The notes under the pieces are model-generated. The model had not been told where the DNA came from, did no database searches, and saw only the letters and a list, made by a program, of their open reading frames with translations. A DNA stretch of 34,284 nt from Octopus bimaculoides (taxonomy: Eukaryota). The position numbers and the translations under genes were made by a program. Within the stretch, counting starts at the first letter, position 1, and the number at the start of each line of letters is the position of its first letter. Shown here piece after piece: positions 32,518-34,284 of the stretch. The stretch spans positions 29,124,879 to 29,159,162 of the forward strand of contig NC_069000.1 of NCBI RefSeq assembly GCF_001194135.2, given 5' to 3'.

Positions 32518-33429
32518 GTTTATCAATTTATTTTCATTATGTAAAAAAAAAAAACAAGTAGCAGTGGTATTTGATAGAGATCGATATAATAACCAGACTA
32601 AGTACTAGGATTCATGTGATTCTCTAAGACACTCTGTGTGAGTGTCCTAGCATAACATAGTCTGTTGACTAAAAGACAGTAAAAGAATATATATACACAC
32701 ACACATACTCTTTATGTATACATACATACATATGCACAACACACTGTAAATTAGAAGAATTGAATAGCCTCATAAGGGGTCAAATAAGAATGTAAACAGA
32801 TTTTTTCTATATGAATCATGTACAGAAAAAAATGTAAGTCTCCTGTCAGATCATTTCCCAATTTGTTCAATGCACGTCAGAAGAGACACAAAGAATCTTT
32901 CACCATTCAATAAGATAGATCAGCTGCTCATAAAGCAATCATGGGTTAGGTTAGCACTGTGATAGATAATCTAGTTTGCATTTTTTATGTTTTTGATCGC
33001 TTGTTATTAATTGAACAATATTTATTTATACACAGCACAGTATGAATCAGAACGAAAATAAATTTCAATATTACAAAGCCTCGTTGTGAGTAATAATAAT
33101 GTGATGTAAAGGAAGAAAAAGATGGAAGCAAAGAGAGGATTACCGTAGTCTTACCTGTCGGTCCAGAAAAAGGGTCACTTTCAATGTCCACATGCTGTCT
33201 CGATCTGCAAGGTTCACTCCATGTCCACATGCACTATCTGTCGCTGTACAGTCTCAAATGTCTGCTCTGATGTGTTGTCCACCGCCAACTAACTCCTTGC
33301 ACTTCACTGATGCTGCATGCCTACCGTGGCACTTCCAGTGGGACCCACCAGCAACCACTTCCAACAGGACAAGCCTACTTCCTCGCTTCCGATCCTTCCT
33401 TACAACACAGCCTGACTCATAACACCGCA

Positions 33430-33945
33430 TGCCCCCCTGATCTGAAGATCATTCAACCAACCTACCCATGCCCTCTTCTCAATCCCGACCACACGCCTTA
33501 ACTTGTCTCATAATCAGCCAACCAGTGAGGCAGGCACCGCTCCCTCTGTGGGACTTCAGGACTGGCCTCAGTTCCTGGCATGTTGCTGCTGGCTTCGTCC
33601 TCTTGTCCATTACTGTTAGCCCCATCATCCATCACAGTGATGATTCTGCGCACATCCAAAGCATGTCGTGGCATGCCATCTATGGACACATTGTTCCTCA
33701 AATTCACAGAGGTTATTGTCCCCTTTCCCCACTGTGATGTGCACCACGCATTTGGGGGTTTAACCCAGACTTCTTCCCTGACCTGCACAAAGGCATGCTC
33801 TTTCCCTTCTGTGGGATGCGGTGACGCAGTACATGGATGTCTCCAATCGTACTTGAATATTGCCCTGTGTGACACTGACACCTCAGCCTGTCCCGTCCCG
33901 GGTGACATATACCAATTTAGTAGAAAGTGGGTTATACATCTTTAG
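33430..33945 (-). mobile_element. Gypsy-type LTR retrotransposon: integrase C-terminus and polypurine tract
   Basis: HRAIFKYDWRHP...EEVWVKPPNAWCTSQWGKGTITSVN...VSIDGMPRHALDVRR...RERCLPHWLADY*. Minus strand then reads AGGGGGGCA|TG at ~33430; a probable LTR continues to ~33140. Confidence 0.8.
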
Positions 33946-33946
33946 A

Positions 33947-34277
33947 TGTATACCTGACTTTCCTACTATAAAATTAAAGAATATAACGGAACGCTGAACT
34001 CCAGATTATCAACTTAAACAACATTTATTCAGGTGGTAAATATATACATCTTTAGTTCTTGTTGTTACAGCTTCTGATTGTGTGAGCATAGTTGTTGGGA
34101 CGTTGTTATGTAGTTGCAAGCGAGCTGTCAAGTGTAAGTCCGAAAGATGTAGAGAGACAGCTTATCACGTCCATGCTCACGGTCGGCCGACCGTAAAAGA
34201 GATAGAATTAAGCGGGAACGCTTGCTTGTTTAATTCCACGCATGCGTGAGACTACGCATGCGCACGGCGTTACTACA
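33947..34277 (-). mobile_element. Probable LTR (331 bp)
   Basis: TGTA...TACA termini, CpG-rich, AATAAA on the minus strand (~34024-34029). No TSD or PBS seen. Confidence 0.55.
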
Positions 34278-34284
34278 CCAAAAA

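Noticed and set aside
33140-33160. Strong minus-strand donor CAG|GTAAGA as the end of a host exon
   Set aside because: All three upstream frames close within about 120 nt with no clear acceptor, and the region is probably the Gypsy LTR.

Overview
Eukaryotic, AT-rich, repeat-saturated genomic DNA from a draft assembly with six N gaps (7013-7315, 14418-14823, 18008-18200, 20334-20343, 25277-25376, with sizes that may be nominal). The SINE families and microsatellite load look like a coleoid cephalopod, most likely Octopus; this is recognition from memory, not a search. I found no intact host gene. Every recognisable ORF is decayed transposon: RTE LINEs, L1/Tx1, an R4/Dong-type endonuclease, a Penelope GIY-YIG, four mariners, a Gypsy integrase C-terminus and LTRs. 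There are also several SINE and MITE families. SINE labels A-H are my own, and most SINE/LINE boundaries are approximate. The standout structure is a 443-bp piece of apparently non-transposon local DNA (29401-29843) copied to 26554-26996 with one mismatch, where only the new copy is flanked by a perfect 17-bp target-site duplication. Other notable items are a ~540-bp fold-back MITE built from two transposase 3' ends, an LTR element with a tRNA primer site whose interior is lost in a gap, nested and chained SINEs, and hairpins sitting at element junctions.
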